From: a virus
Lineage: Duplodnaviria; Caudoviricetes
IMG/VR virus record: IMGVR_UViG_3300029624_000040
Coordinates: 1 to 63,819 of that record
Direction: 5' to 3' (one strand)
Length of the DNA stretch: 63,819 nt
How positions within the stretch are numbered: position 1 is the first letter of the stretch; each line of letters starts with the position of its first letter. Below are positions 17,528-26,260 of the stretch, in pieces. The notes below the pieces were generated by a model. It was not told where the DNA came from and did not search any database. It saw only the letters and a list, made by a program, of their open reading frames with translations. Made by a program: the position numbers and the translations under genes.

Positions 17528-17921
17528 GTATCGGCAACGTCTGTCGACTCGCTCGATTGGTGTCGGGCGAACCTATCAAACGTAAACGGGAGACTGAAGA
17601 TGTACGAAGTTGGCAGTACCGCATGGTTTCGCGGCGACGAAGTGACTATCACGTCCGAGCCTTATGAGATGGACGGTGCCGAATGGCAAAACGCCGTGTA
17701 TCCGGACGGTCGGAAAATCATTCTGTCGACTCCCAAGCAACGGGAGCGAAATGCAAAGCGATACCGCGCTGAATGGCAATCGCAACAGGACGGGTTTCGG
17801 CGTCTGCGTGAACGGTAGGACGTTTCCAGTTCTCGCGCCTCACTTGTTGGGGCGCGAGTATCGGCAACGTCGTCGAATCGCTCGATTGGCAATCGGGCGA
17901 ACATTCAAACGCAAACGGGAG
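17528..17921 (+). repeat. two copies of a ~65-nt structured intergenic element (17528-17592 and ~17858-17921)
   Basis: gtatcggcaacgtc(t)gtcgantcgctcgattgg..tcgggcgaac..tcaaacgyaaacgggag. Confidence 0.8.
17600..17818 (+). CDS. hypothetical protein
   Basis: AAACGGGAG RBS, ATG 17600. Confidence 0.7.
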   Translation: MYEVGSTAWFRGDEVTITSEPYEMDGAEWQNAVYPDGRKIILSTPKQRERNAKRYRAEWQSQQDGFRRLRER

Positions 17922-17928
17922 CGGTCGA

Positions 17929-18048
17929 ATGCTGACCATACTGGGGGACGTAGCTTGCGCCGTCGCGTGCGGCGCGGTGGCTTACTATCTCGCCTGGCTG
18001 TTTTCTGCCGATTGGCGGGGAATTGCCAAACGGGAACGCGGCGAGTAG
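17929..18048 (+). CDS. 39-aa single-helix membrane peptide (MLTILGDVACAVACGAVAYYLAWLF...)
   Basis: Hand-translated; AAACGGGAG RBS. Confidence 0.55.
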   Translation: MLTILGDVACAVACGAVAYYLAWLFSADWRGIAKRERGE

Positions 18049-18111
18049 CGTATTGTTTACTGTCGGACGTGGCTGTCCGGTGTTTTTCAAAACCTGAAAC
18101 GGGAGCGAAAG

Positions 18112-18756
18112 ATGCGACCTTTGTACGAACAGGCGCGGCCTCAGAAATGGTCCGAAGTGGTTGGGCAGGAAAAGGCCGTGCGGAAACTTGAAACACTCCG
18201 CAATCGCGGCCTCAGTGGCCGGGTCTATTGGCTCACCGGACAATCGGGGACGGGGAAAACGACAATCGCTCGCCTGATTGCGTCCGAAGTCGCTGGGGAA
18301 CTCGGCACCGAAGAGGTTGACGCAGCAGACCTCACAATCGGCCTGGTTCGCGAATGGGAGCGTTCGGCCCGCATGAAGCCCCTTGGAGCGGATGGGTGGT
18401 GCTTTATCGTGAATGAGGCTCACCGGCTCAGTTCGGCGGTCGTGTCGCGATTGCTTTCGACGTTTGAGCAGCCCACGACGCAGCGAAACGCGACGTGGGT
18501 TTTTACTACCACCACGGACGGGGAGCAGCTTTTCGAGGAACACGATGACGCCGGGCCGTTTGCCAGCCGAGCGGTCACGATTGCTCTCTCACGGCGGGGA
18601 CTGGCGGAACCGTTCGCCCAGCGTGCGCTTGAAGTAGCACGGGCGGAAGGCCTGGACGGTCAACCCTTGGACCGCTACGTGAAGCTCGCGAAAACGTGCC
18701 GGAACAATCTCCGTGATATGTTCCAGCGCATCGAAGCGGGGGAAATGGTAGCGTAG
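18112..18756 (+). CDS. clamp-loader-clade AAA+ ATPase (DnaX/RarA-like ATPase domain only)
   Basis: [16 protein letters not shown]; GQSGTGKTT; Walker B reads NEAH instead of DEAH; FASR. Confidence 0.85.
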   Translation: MRPLYEQARPQKWSEVVGQEKAVRKLETLRNRGLSGRVYWLTGQSGTGKTTIARLIASEVAGELGTEEVDAADLTIGLVREWERSARMKPLGADGWCFIVNEAHRLSSAVVSRLLSTFEQPTTQRNATWVFTTTTDGEQLFEEHDDAGPFASRAVTIALSRRGLAEPFAQRALEVARAEGLDGQPLDRYVKLAKTCRNNLRDMFQRIEAGEMVA

Positions 18757-18757
18757 A

Positions 18758-18818
18758 GCCGAAACGGGAGCGACGTTGCTCCCGTCCGTCGGGGATAGTC
18801 TCCCGGCGCTGATGAGGC
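18758..18818 (+). ncRNA. type II hammerhead ribozyme
   Basis: GCC GAAA CGGGAGC-gacgtt-GCTCCCG TC CGTCGGGG-atagtc-TCCCGGCG CTGATGA GGC; GUC cleavage after 18786. Confidence 0.9.
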
Positions 18819-18868
18819 AGACACCTCACCCCTGCCGGATGCGAACCGGCTTACAGGAGACGAGGAAG

Positions 18869-19276
18869 ATGTTTTACGACTTCACTATCGGTCCAGCAAT
18901 TGAGGGTGAGCCGGAACCCAAGCGGCCGTTCCTGCGGTTGCTTTCAGCGGCGGTCGACGAAACGGAGAGGCTTGGCGACGCTGGTTACAAAGAGCGGGGG
19001 CAGGTTAGGCACTGGCTCACGTCGTTCATCACAAGCCAAGGCCCCGGATTGCACGACATCAATTACAAGTTCTGGAACCGCATGCTTTGGTGGCTTGATG
19101 AATACCACGCGAAGACGGACCCCGACTACGATCGCGGCACTGTTAAGGTTGCCGCCGCTGAGGCAGGGTGGCCTTACGGGACTCACACAGCCAGTATCCC
19201 GCATGTGATGCACGACGCAAATGAGGCCCGATATAACCGCGACGCATTGTGGGACGCCCCGCGCTCGCTTGCCTGA
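18869..19276 (+). CDS. hypothetical protein lying between the two hammerheads
   Basis: ATG 18869 with AGGAG/GAGG RBS. Confidence 0.7.
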   Translation: MFYDFTIGPAIEGEPEPKRPFLRLLSAAVDETERLGDAGYKERGQVRHWLTSFITSQGPGLHDINYKFWNRMLWWLDEYHAKTDPDYDRGTVKVAAAEAGWPYGTHTASIPHVMHDANEARYNRDALWDAPRSLA

Positions 19277-19357
19277 TTTCTATCGTCTCCCCGTCCCGGT
19301 CGCCTTAGACCCCGCGTCGCAACCGGGCGAGGCGGCCGGGCGGGTGGGGACGACTCA

Positions 19358-19413
19358 GCCGAAACGGGCTACGGCCCGTCGTCGTGCGGTGGTTCGCACG
19401 GCCTGATGATGGC
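19358..19413 (+). ncRNA. type II hammerhead ribozyme
   Basis: GCC GAAA CGGGC-tacg-GCCCG TC GTCGTGCG-gtggtt-CGCACGGC CTGATGA t GGC; cleavage after 19380. Confidence 0.88.
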
Positions 19414-19444
19414 AGCCACTATCTATGGGAAACGGGAGCGAAGA

Positions 19445-19681
19445 ATGGCGAATGATTTACAGGACTCCGTCAACCGACTGAGGCACGCCGGGCAGTGTGC
19501 CTTTGCGCACTGCGTCATTGAAGACGCGAAATGCCTGATCCGTATCCTGTTTCCGGACCGGCACAAAGGCCCTTCCGTTCGCGATACGATCCGTGGCGCA
19601 GCCGCCGAAATTCGCCGCGCCCAGCAATACATCGCCGACGCAGATCGACACTATGGGATCAACGAGAGCGATCAATGCTAG
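19445..19681 (+). CDS. hypothetical protein
   Basis: AAACGGGAG RBS. Confidence 0.65.
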   Translation: MANDLQDSVNRLRHAGQCAFAHCVIEDAKCLIRILFPDRHKGPSVRDTIRGAAAEIRRAQQYIADADRHYGINESDQC

Positions 19682-19989
19682 AACACAAAGGCTACGCCGG
19701 ACGCATCACTATCGACCACGACACCGGCTCACTCGTCGGCGAAGTGCTCGATATTCGGGATGTCGTCACGTTCGAAGGTCAGACCGCGCGGGCAGCCGAA
19801 CAGGCTTTTCGTGACTCGGTCGACGACTATCTGGAACTCTGCGAACAGCGGGGCGAGCAGCCGGACAAGCCGTACTCGGGTAAGCTGCTGGTCCGACTCG
19901 GGCCGGAACTGCACGCCAAGGTCGCTGCCAAGGCGAAGGGGAGCGGCCTGAGCATCAATCAATACATCTGTGAGAGACTGGCAGACTGA
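19675..19989 (+). CDS. hicB: HicB-family antitoxin (orphan)
   Basis: HKGYAGRITID..GEVLDIRDVVTFEG..AFRDSVDDYLE..PDKPYSGKLLVRL.PELH. Confidence 0.92.
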   Translation: MLEHKGYAGRITIDHDTGSLVGEVLDIRDVVTFEGQTARAAEQAFRDSVDDYLELCEQRGEQPDKPYSGKLLVRLGPELHAKVAAKAKGSGLSINQYICERLAD

Positions 19990-19999
19990 AAACACCGAA

Positions 20000-20100
20000 C
20001 CGTGCCGCCGTGTTACTCCCGTTTCCGGCGGCGCGGCACCCACCGACTGACCCCCGACTGCCAATCGAGGGGAGTAGCTCGCAACTTGCGGTGGGTGCGC
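20000..20100 (+). ncRNA. structured intergenic RNA whose loop is complementary to the operon RBS motif
   Basis: 11-bp stem 20000-20010/20026-20036 with CTCCCGTTTC in the loop; second stem GCACCCACCG/CGGTGGGTGC. Confidence 0.55.
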
Positions 20101-20140
20101 TTTCAACTGGTCGAAACGGGAGCGCAAATGGGAGCGACGA

Positions 20141-20311
20141 ATGACTGACCGCGAGCGAATTCAGGACGTGCGGGAACGGCTATCGGGCGGATGTCCTGAA
20201 GAGGATTTCGAACCCAAAGTCACGTCGTGGGAATTGCTAGACGTTCTCGATGTGCTGGCATCGCTCGATGAACGACTGGGAAAACTCGAAACGGGAGCGA
20301 AAGATGAGTGA
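20141..20311 (+). CDS. 56-aa hypothetical protein (MTDRERIQDVRERL...)
   Basis: Hand-translated; RBS motif; overlaps the recombinase start. Confidence 0.6.
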   Translation: MTDRERIQDVRERLSGGCPEEDFEPKVTSWELLDVLDVLASLDERLGKLETGAKDE

Positions 20312-21290
20312 AATCGCCTGGGGCTACGCCCGCGTATCATCCGACCGACAAGCGAACGAAGGCGTCGGCATTCAAATGTGGTGCGACAAGATTGTCCGCT
20401 ACGCAGAACAGCACGACCTCGACTTGGGTAATCTCCGCACCCAGCACGTCGCTGGTATCACGCTCGAAATTCCCGAACGATTGGGTATCGAGTCGGAGTC
20501 CGCCTACAAAACCAACTTCCGCGACAGGCGAGTTGGGGGGCATCTCTGGGACTACGCCGCACCGGACGACCATGTGATTATCGCTGGCGTTGACCGGGGG
20601 TTTCGCAGCCAACGGGATTGCCTGAATACCGTGCTCGACTGGATTAACGAGCGGCTGGTCCGTGTCCACATTCTTGACATGGCCGGGCATGACTTGGACC
20701 TCGTCTCCCCGATGGGCCAAATGCTGCTTTCGATTCTCTCCGCAATGGGGGAGTGGGAGTCGAAGATACGGGCTGAGCGGACGAAACGGGCCTTTGCTCA
20801 AGCCAAATTGCAGAACCGACGCTGCCACGACTTCGCCCCTATCGGCTTCCGGTTCCGAGGGGAAGGGAAGCACCGCCGATTGGTCCTGTGCCCCGAGGAA
20901 ATGGCAATCATCAAACAGGTTTGCAGGTGGAAAGAGGAGGAAGGCTTGTCGGAAGTCAAACTCTACAAGCGACTGAACGATAACGGCATCGTCCCGCCTG
21001 AGCCGGAGAACATGGGGGAGTGGTCACGCGGGGACGCCTCGAAGTACACCTACCACCGCATCAAGCAAATGCTCCGTATCGGTCCTCGATTAGTGAAGCT
21101 GGAAGAGGCCCACGGGGACATTAACAAAGAAGCCGTGGCGGAACTGGAAGAATTCACGCTGCGATTACACGAGACTGCCGAGCAGGTCGCCAAGCATCGC
21201 TCGGAAAAAGCCAAACGGGAGCGGCGGCGTGCGGAGATTCGCAAGCTCCAACAGCAAGGCCTGCCGAGCCACAAGCCGAAGGCGTCCTAA
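20304..21290 (+). CDS. serine recombinase (resolvase domain plus recombinase-like extension)
   Basis: WGYARVSSDRQ; DRGFR; SPMGQMLLSILSAMGEWE..IRAERT; APIGF. Confidence 0.9.
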   Translation: MSEIAWGYARVSSDRQANEGVGIQMWCDKIVRYAEQHDLDLGNLRTQHVAGITLEIPERLGIESESAYKTNFRDRRVGGHLWDYAAPDDHVIIAGVDRGFRSQRDCLNTVLDWINERLVRVHILDMAGHDLDLVSPMGQMLLSILSAMGEWESKIRAERTKRAFAQAKLQNRRCHDFAPIGFRFRGEGKHRRLVLCPEEMAIIKQVCRWKEEEGLSEVKLYKRLNDNGIVPPEPENMGEWSRGDASKYTYHRIKQMLRIGPRLVKLEEAHGDINKEAVAELEEFTLRLHETAEQVAKHRSEKAKRERRRAEIRKLQQQGLPSHKPKAS

Positions 21291-24200
21291 TCGTCCCGTG
21301 CGGCCTGCTGCTTCCGTCTCTGCATCCCGGCGTACAGTTGCATCATCAACTGTTCTTCCGGGGTGAGCACGGCATCGTCGAAGGCGTACAGACGCTCGAA
21401 TGAGCCGAGGTTGGGGGACGCTTCGGCCAATTGCTCAATTACATCGCCCACCGCGTAGTCCCTTGCCCGCTCCAGCCCACCGTAGGGGTCGGTGATGCGG
21501 GCGGGGACAGCCCATCGGCCCACCTTGTCCAACAGGTCTTTCCGGTCATCGAAGAAGAACGTCCGGGCCATACTTTGAGCACGAGCCGTCGGCAGGCTTT
21601 GAAGCAGGGCGTTGATTTGGTCGTTGTCGGTCGGGAAGTCCGGCACCTCGGACAATGGTCGCCCAGTGAACGGGTCACGCTGACTCGCCAAGGTGTAGGG
21701 GAGTTTGACGAACGGGGACGAACTCGCCACCGCCTTCTCGAACGTCCGCTGTAGCGCCGCGTCAATCGTCGCACCCGACGCAATCTTGTTGAAGACTTCC
21801 TCGTGGGGGAGTCCGAAGCCGGTCAGAAATCGGTCTTCCTTGCCGATGAGCGGGACGCCTTCCAGGGGGACGGCAAGTGTCTCGCCGATGTAGTCAGGGA
21901 CGAAGCCTTCGCCCTCACGCATTGTCTCCGTGGCGCGGAGCACCTGGGCCAACGCACCGCCCGGCTTCTGAAGCAACGTGCCAGCGATTAAGGGGGCCAC
22001 CTTCTTCTGAAACGACCAGAACGGAATCGCCCGCTTGGCAAAGGCCCGCTCGAATTTGGTTACGTCCCCATAATCGAAGTGCAACGACTCGACCATCTCT
22101 GCCGCGACTTCCGCAGAGTATCCCTGCCGTCGCATCGCTGCAAACAACGGAACGCGGTTGACGAACTCAACCCTTTCATTAAGCCGTGACCCTCGCTCAA
22201 CAGCACGCTGGGTTTGCTCGCCAAGAAACCGACCGCCCGGCGCGTTGTCGTTCAGGAATGCCGCCAGCGTGGTGCGTGGGCCTTCTGCCAAGTCCTGTGT
22301 GGCTTGCCGGTTGATGTCGGTCGGGTCGAGCGTGCGGTACGGAACGTCCAAGTTGTCAACCCCAGTCACCGGGGCATCCATGAACGCTTTGCCGCTCCCG
22401 AGCACGCCGTAGTCCAACATCTCCTCAATGTACTGCGATTCAATCGCAGTTGCGTCGCCCCGTAAATGACGGCCTGCATCCACGACGGCCTTGCCGTAGG
22501 CTGTCAGGTCGTCCGCTGTCCGAAACGCACCGCTGGTCAGGTTCAGGAACGAACCGCCCATCCCGTTTCTCAAGAAGAAACTGGGGAAGGCAGGCACCAT
22601 CCCCTTCTTGGTGCCGGGAATCTTGGCGACCGGAATCGTGACGGCCGCCTTAAACGTGTTGACGATGGTGTCGAGTACGTCCCCGACCTGCTTCCGCCAC
22701 ACTTCCTGAGTGGGGTCGAACGACTTCATCAGGCTGTTGGCCGCGTCGACCGCTCGGCTATCAACAAGCAGGTTGCCGAGTTCTTCTGCGCTGCGCCCTG
22801 TCGTCTTCGCAAAGTATTCGAGGGCTTGGTCGGGGTTCATCCCCACGTCCTGAAACGCCTCGGACAGAACCGAATAACCGACCGGAACCTCACCGCCTGT
22901 GTAGACCTTCGACATATCTCCGAAGAGCTTATGAATCGACTCGGCGCTGGCATCCAGAATTGCCATTCGCTTCATGTACTGAGCGAACGACTGAGCCGGG
23001 CCGGTGTAATCGACCGGACGCTTGGCCGCACTGCGTAGGTCTTCCGCGTGAGAGAGTTTGGCCTTGGCGATTTCTTCGGGGGTGCGTTGAATCTCACCCT
23101 GCCGGATCAGACTCGCCTGCATCGGGTCGGAAACGTCATAGGCGGGGTCCAGATACTCGTCGTACTGCTTCAGGATATGGTCAACCCCACCCTTTCCACG
23201 GGTGGCCGAGTCTTCCGCCATCTCCCGCATGACCTCGACCGGCACTCTTGCCCGAGCCTTGGAGCGGGAGCCGTAGCCGCGAGCGTTGACCATCTTCGAC
23301 TCGTACACGTCACGAGCCTTGTTGTAGACGGGCTTGGCGAAGCGGGGCATGTGGGCAAAGTCGTCCGCCTCTTCAATCATCCCCAGCGACACACCTTTAT
23401 TGAGCACTGACTGGAACTTGTTGCCCGCTGCGAGTTTGATGTCGTCAGCTAGTTTCAAAATGTCGGTCGCAACCTGCTCACCCTGCTGCGGCATCGCCAG
23501 CCCAGCCCGTCCAAAGGCGTCCCCCAAATCTCCCTGCGTCTCTCCCGTGTGCCGAACGATACGGTCGAAGATGTCCTCGACAACCGCCTCCTCGTCCGTG
23601 TTGCGGATGGTCTGTCCGTAGGAATCCTCGAAGGCTTTGTAAACGTCGTTGTACTGCTTGTTGACCGTTCGCGCCGCCTGCCGAGCGGCGAACATCGCGG
23701 CCGGTTCGTTGCCGTAGATGGTCTCCCCGAGCTTCTGCCCAATGGGCTTCATCACGTTCTTGACGGACGAATCGAACAGCATCCGCCCAAAACGGAATGG
23801 GGAACTGACCATCTCCGAACCCGGCAGGTCACTTGTTCCCTTCAGGTAGTCCCCGGCCACCTTGGTCGCATCCGCTGCCTTGTCTCCCGTCCCAAACGAC
23901 GCGAGTTGCTTGCCGGAGAACGGAATCTCCACATTGACCAGTGACCGCTGCCCCTGCCGTAAGGCGTCTACGAAGCCGTCTGCGGGCTTCAGTGCCTTCA
24001 AGGCATCATCAGCCATGCCAGCCTTACTGAGAGCCTGAGCGGCTTTTGTGGACCCCTTGGCGGCTGCACCCAACGCTGTCGTACCGCCGAGCGTAAGGTA
24101 CGATAGGGGGTCTCCGGCCACCTCGGCGGCGAATGCTCCTAGGTCTCGGAACTCCCAGGCGTTCGGGTCGTTCGGCATCCCCATCGCAGCCAACAGGTCG

Positions 24201-24436
24201 TCACCACTGGATACAGTTCCCCCACTGAGGGTTTCCCAAAGGAACCGCCGGGGGGTGTCGAGGAAGTTGGCGGTCGCGGATAGACTGGACGTGGTGCCTT
24301 TGAGCAACTGGTCAATCAGGCTTTCTTCCGCTTCCGGTGGAAGTGGTTGGAATCGAGCCGTAGACTGACGTTGCCGACGAATCGGTAAGTCGCGGTACAG
24401 GTCCGCGAGTGGGTCTAGTTGATAGGAGTCGTACAT
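21287..24436 (-). CDS. large internal virion/ejection protein
   Basis: 1049 aa, last gene of the tail operon; HFDYGDVTKFER..IPFWSF motif of large polyvalent ejection proteins. Confidence 0.75.
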   Translation of the reverse strand: MYDSYQLDPLADLYRDLPIRRQRQSTARFQPLPPEAEESLIDQLLKGTTSSLSATANFLDTPRRFLWETLSGGTVSSGDDLLAAMGMPNDPNAWEFRDLGAFAAEVAGDPLSYLTLGGTTALGAAAKGSTKAAQALSKAGMADDALKALKPADGFVDALRQGQRSLVNVEIPFSGKQLASFGTGDKAADATKVAGDYLKGTSDLPGSEMVSSPFRFGRMLFDSSVKNVMKPIGQKLGETIYGNEPAAMFAARQAARTVNKQYNDVYKAFEDSYGQTIRNTDEEAVVEDIFDRIVRHTGETQGDLGDAFGRAGLAMPQQGEQVATDILKLADDIKLAAGNKFQSVLNKGVSLGMIEEADDFAHMPRFAKPVYNKARDVYESKMVNARGYGSRSKARARVPVEVMREMAEDSATRGKGGVDHILKQYDEYLDPAYDVSDPMQASLIRQGEIQRTPEEIAKAKLSHAEDLRSAAKRPVDYTGPAQSFAQYMKRMAILDASAESIHKLFGDMSKVYTGGEVPVGYSVLSEAFQDVGMNPDQALEYFAKTTGRSAEELGNLLVDSRAVDAANSLMKSFDPTQEVWRKQVGDVLDTIVNTFKAAVTIPVAKIPGTKKGMVPAFPSFFLRNGMGGSFLNLTSGAFRTADDLTAYGKAVVDAGRHLRGDATAIESQYIEEMLDYGVLGSGKAFMDAPVTGVDNLDVPYRTLDPTDINRQATQDLAEGPRTTLAAFLNDNAPGGRFLGEQTQRAVERGSRLNERVEFVNRVPLFAAMRRQGYSAEVAAEMVESLHFDYGDVTKFERAFAKRAIPFWSFQKKVAPLIAGTLLQKPGGALAQVLRATETMREGEGFVPDYIGETLAVPLEGVPLIGKEDRFLTGFGLPHEEVFNKIASGATIDAALQRTFEKAVASSSPFVKLPYTLASQRDPFTGRPLSEVPDFPTDNDQINALLQSLPTARAQSMARTFFFDDRKDLLDKVGRWAVPARITDPYGGLERARDYAVGDVIEQLAEASPNLGSFERLYAFDDAVLTPEEQLMMQLYAGMQRRKQQAARDD
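22431..22452. promoter_or_regulatory. palindromic site TGCGATTnAATCGCA, copy 3 (intragenic)
   Basis: tacTGCGATTcAATCGCAgttg. Confidence 0.7.
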
Positions 24437-24632
24437 GAGTCGCTACCGCTGGGTGCCGTTGGGCGTGTCGCTAATCTTGGCCTCACCAATGATGTGCTAT
24501 CTATTTCTGGATTGGCCTCACTTCGCCGCGCGGTACCTGCAACACGAAATGCTTTGCGCGATTCTCGGCGTGGTGGTTCCGGTTCTTTTTGTGGGTGCTG
24601 GTATCACGCTTTGCATACCGAGCAAGCGTTAG
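24435..24632 (+). CDS. small antisense two-helix membrane protein (moron or exclusion candidate)
   Basis: Fills the gap between two ejection genes exactly; hydrophobic. Confidence 0.65.
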   Translation: MSRYRWVPLGVSLILASPMMCYLFLDWPHFAARYLQHEMLCAILGVVVPVLFVGAGITLCIPSKR

Positions 24633-26260
24633 AATCCTCGGGAATACGCACCGTAGTTTCGCCCCGAGAACTCTTGTCGTCGGCGCACACCCTCTTCGTA
24701 GTCCTTGCGGGACTGCTCTCGCTTCCATTGCTCGTAGGGGATGCCGTACTCGGCTTCAAACCCCCTTATCATTGCATCGCGTTTAGCGCGACTGGTGGCT
24801 GACGCATTCAGACCACCAACCTTTTCAATTTCTGCTGCAAAGTCGACAGGGCTGTCGATGTTCGCGCCGCTAGCGTTCAGTTCTTCTTTGGTCAAACTGC
24901 CATCTCGGGCCTTTTCAGTCTGTTCCTTGCTCCGGTACTCCTCGTTGTTTTTGTATTCGTCCTGTCGGGCCGCTTGCTCAATTGGGTCGGGAGTCGTGAG
25001 CGCATCACCCATTGCATTCCCGCCGCCCATCAACTCATTCCACAAGGCTTGCCCCCTCGGACTTTGGCGTTCTTCCTCTGAGAGTTTGTCCCACACCAGC
25101 GCCAGTCGGCTCAGGCGGTCCTTCCGCTCTGCGGCCGATGCTTCAGCAGCCACCTTGTCACGGTACGCATCGGCCTCTAACTGTGAGCCGACAATCTGTG
25201 CCGCTTGGTCCATCGTCATCGGAATTGGGCTTGACGCTAGCATTTGCAGAAGCGGCAATGCCCCGCCTTCCCCACCTCCCAGCGCGGCCTGACGACGTTC
25301 TTCGCGACGGTCCACGTTTTGCTGCCCGCGCTGCATCCGCTCGGCTATTTTCTCCGCGCGAATCATGTCCGGCGTCTTCTCGCCTCGGGCAAGCATCTCT
25401 TGGTCGCGTCGCTGCGCCATCAACGCCCCACCCTTACGTCGAAGGGACGATGGCAGGTCGTCAAACAACTGGTCACGTTCTGGTGCGGCAGGAAGATTGT
25501 CCTGCATCCCCTCCGGCAACGCGCCAGCCTCAGCGAGCGCCGATACGAGCGCGGACTGACGACGTTTGTGGGGCTGCAACCCCGGTCGTCCCTGCTCGTC
25601 GTAGACTACCTTTGACCCGCCGCTGTATTCTTTGTCCCCAAAGTTTTCGCGGTATCGCCGGTCCATTCTCTGAAGTCGCTCTTCAGGTGACGCGCCTTTC
25701 ATTTGGTCAAGTAGCGGGACACTGCCGATGTTCTTGCCACCCGCCGTCATACGCCCGCCCTCAAGCGGCTGGAAGGACGCTCGGGCTTGCTGCTCGATGC
25801 CGGAAGTTCCCGCACGCTCGGAACTCATCCCGTTGCCATTGGACGAGAACCCGCCAGTCGGGCCAGTGATTGATTTGCTGTAGTCGTTTACCGCCCGCGA
25901 CTTTGCTAACTCGGGCAGGTCAGGGGTCGGGAGGCCCGCCGATGCGTAGGCTGCGTCCCGCTCGCCACGGTCACGCACGTCACCACCGGGCAGGGCACCG
26001 CTGTAATCTTTGAATTGCGTATTGGTACCAAACAGCCGGTCGAGTCCTGCCCATCTCTGGTCGCGGGACTTGCCTTTGAACATTTCGGCAAGTTGCTCGC
26101 GCGTCGGTGGTGTCTGGTTCGGGCCGAACCCGAACAGCATCTTCTTCGCCTCTTCGTCAATCAGGTCTTCAATCGGCGTGCGCGGACTGATGCCCGTATT
26201 CCTCGGCTGCATGAGCAGCGAAGGGTCGGGGCGATTCAGGGCTTCAAACAAAGGAACCAT
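24629..26260 (-). CDS. internal virion/ejection protein
   Basis: Position; helical, low complexity. Confidence 0.6.
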   Translation of the reverse strand: MVPLFEALNRPDPSLLMQPRNTGISPRTPIEDLIDEEAKKMLFGFGPNQTPPTREQLAEMFKGKSRDQRWAGLDRLFGTNTQFKDYSGALPGGDVRDRGERDAAYASAGLPTPDLPELAKSRAVNDYSKSITGPTGGFSSNGNGMSSERAGTSGIEQQARASFQPLEGGRMTAGGKNIGSVPLLDQMKGASPEERLQRMDRRYRENFGDKEYSGGSKVVYDEQGRPGLQPHKRRQSALVSALAEAGALPEGMQDNLPAAPERDQLFDDLPSSLRRKGGALMAQRRDQEMLARGEKTPDMIRAEKIAERMQRGQQNVDRREERRQAALGGGEGGALPLLQMLASSPIPMTMDQAAQIVGSQLEADAYRDKVAAEASAAERKDRLSRLALVWDKLSEEERQSPRGQALWNELMGGGNAMGDALTTPDPIEQAARQDEYKNNEEYRSKEQTEKARDGSLTKEELNASGANIDSPVDFAAEIEKVGGLNASATSRAKRDAMIRGFEAEYGIPYEQWKREQSRKDYEEGVRRRQEFSGRNYGAYSRGF

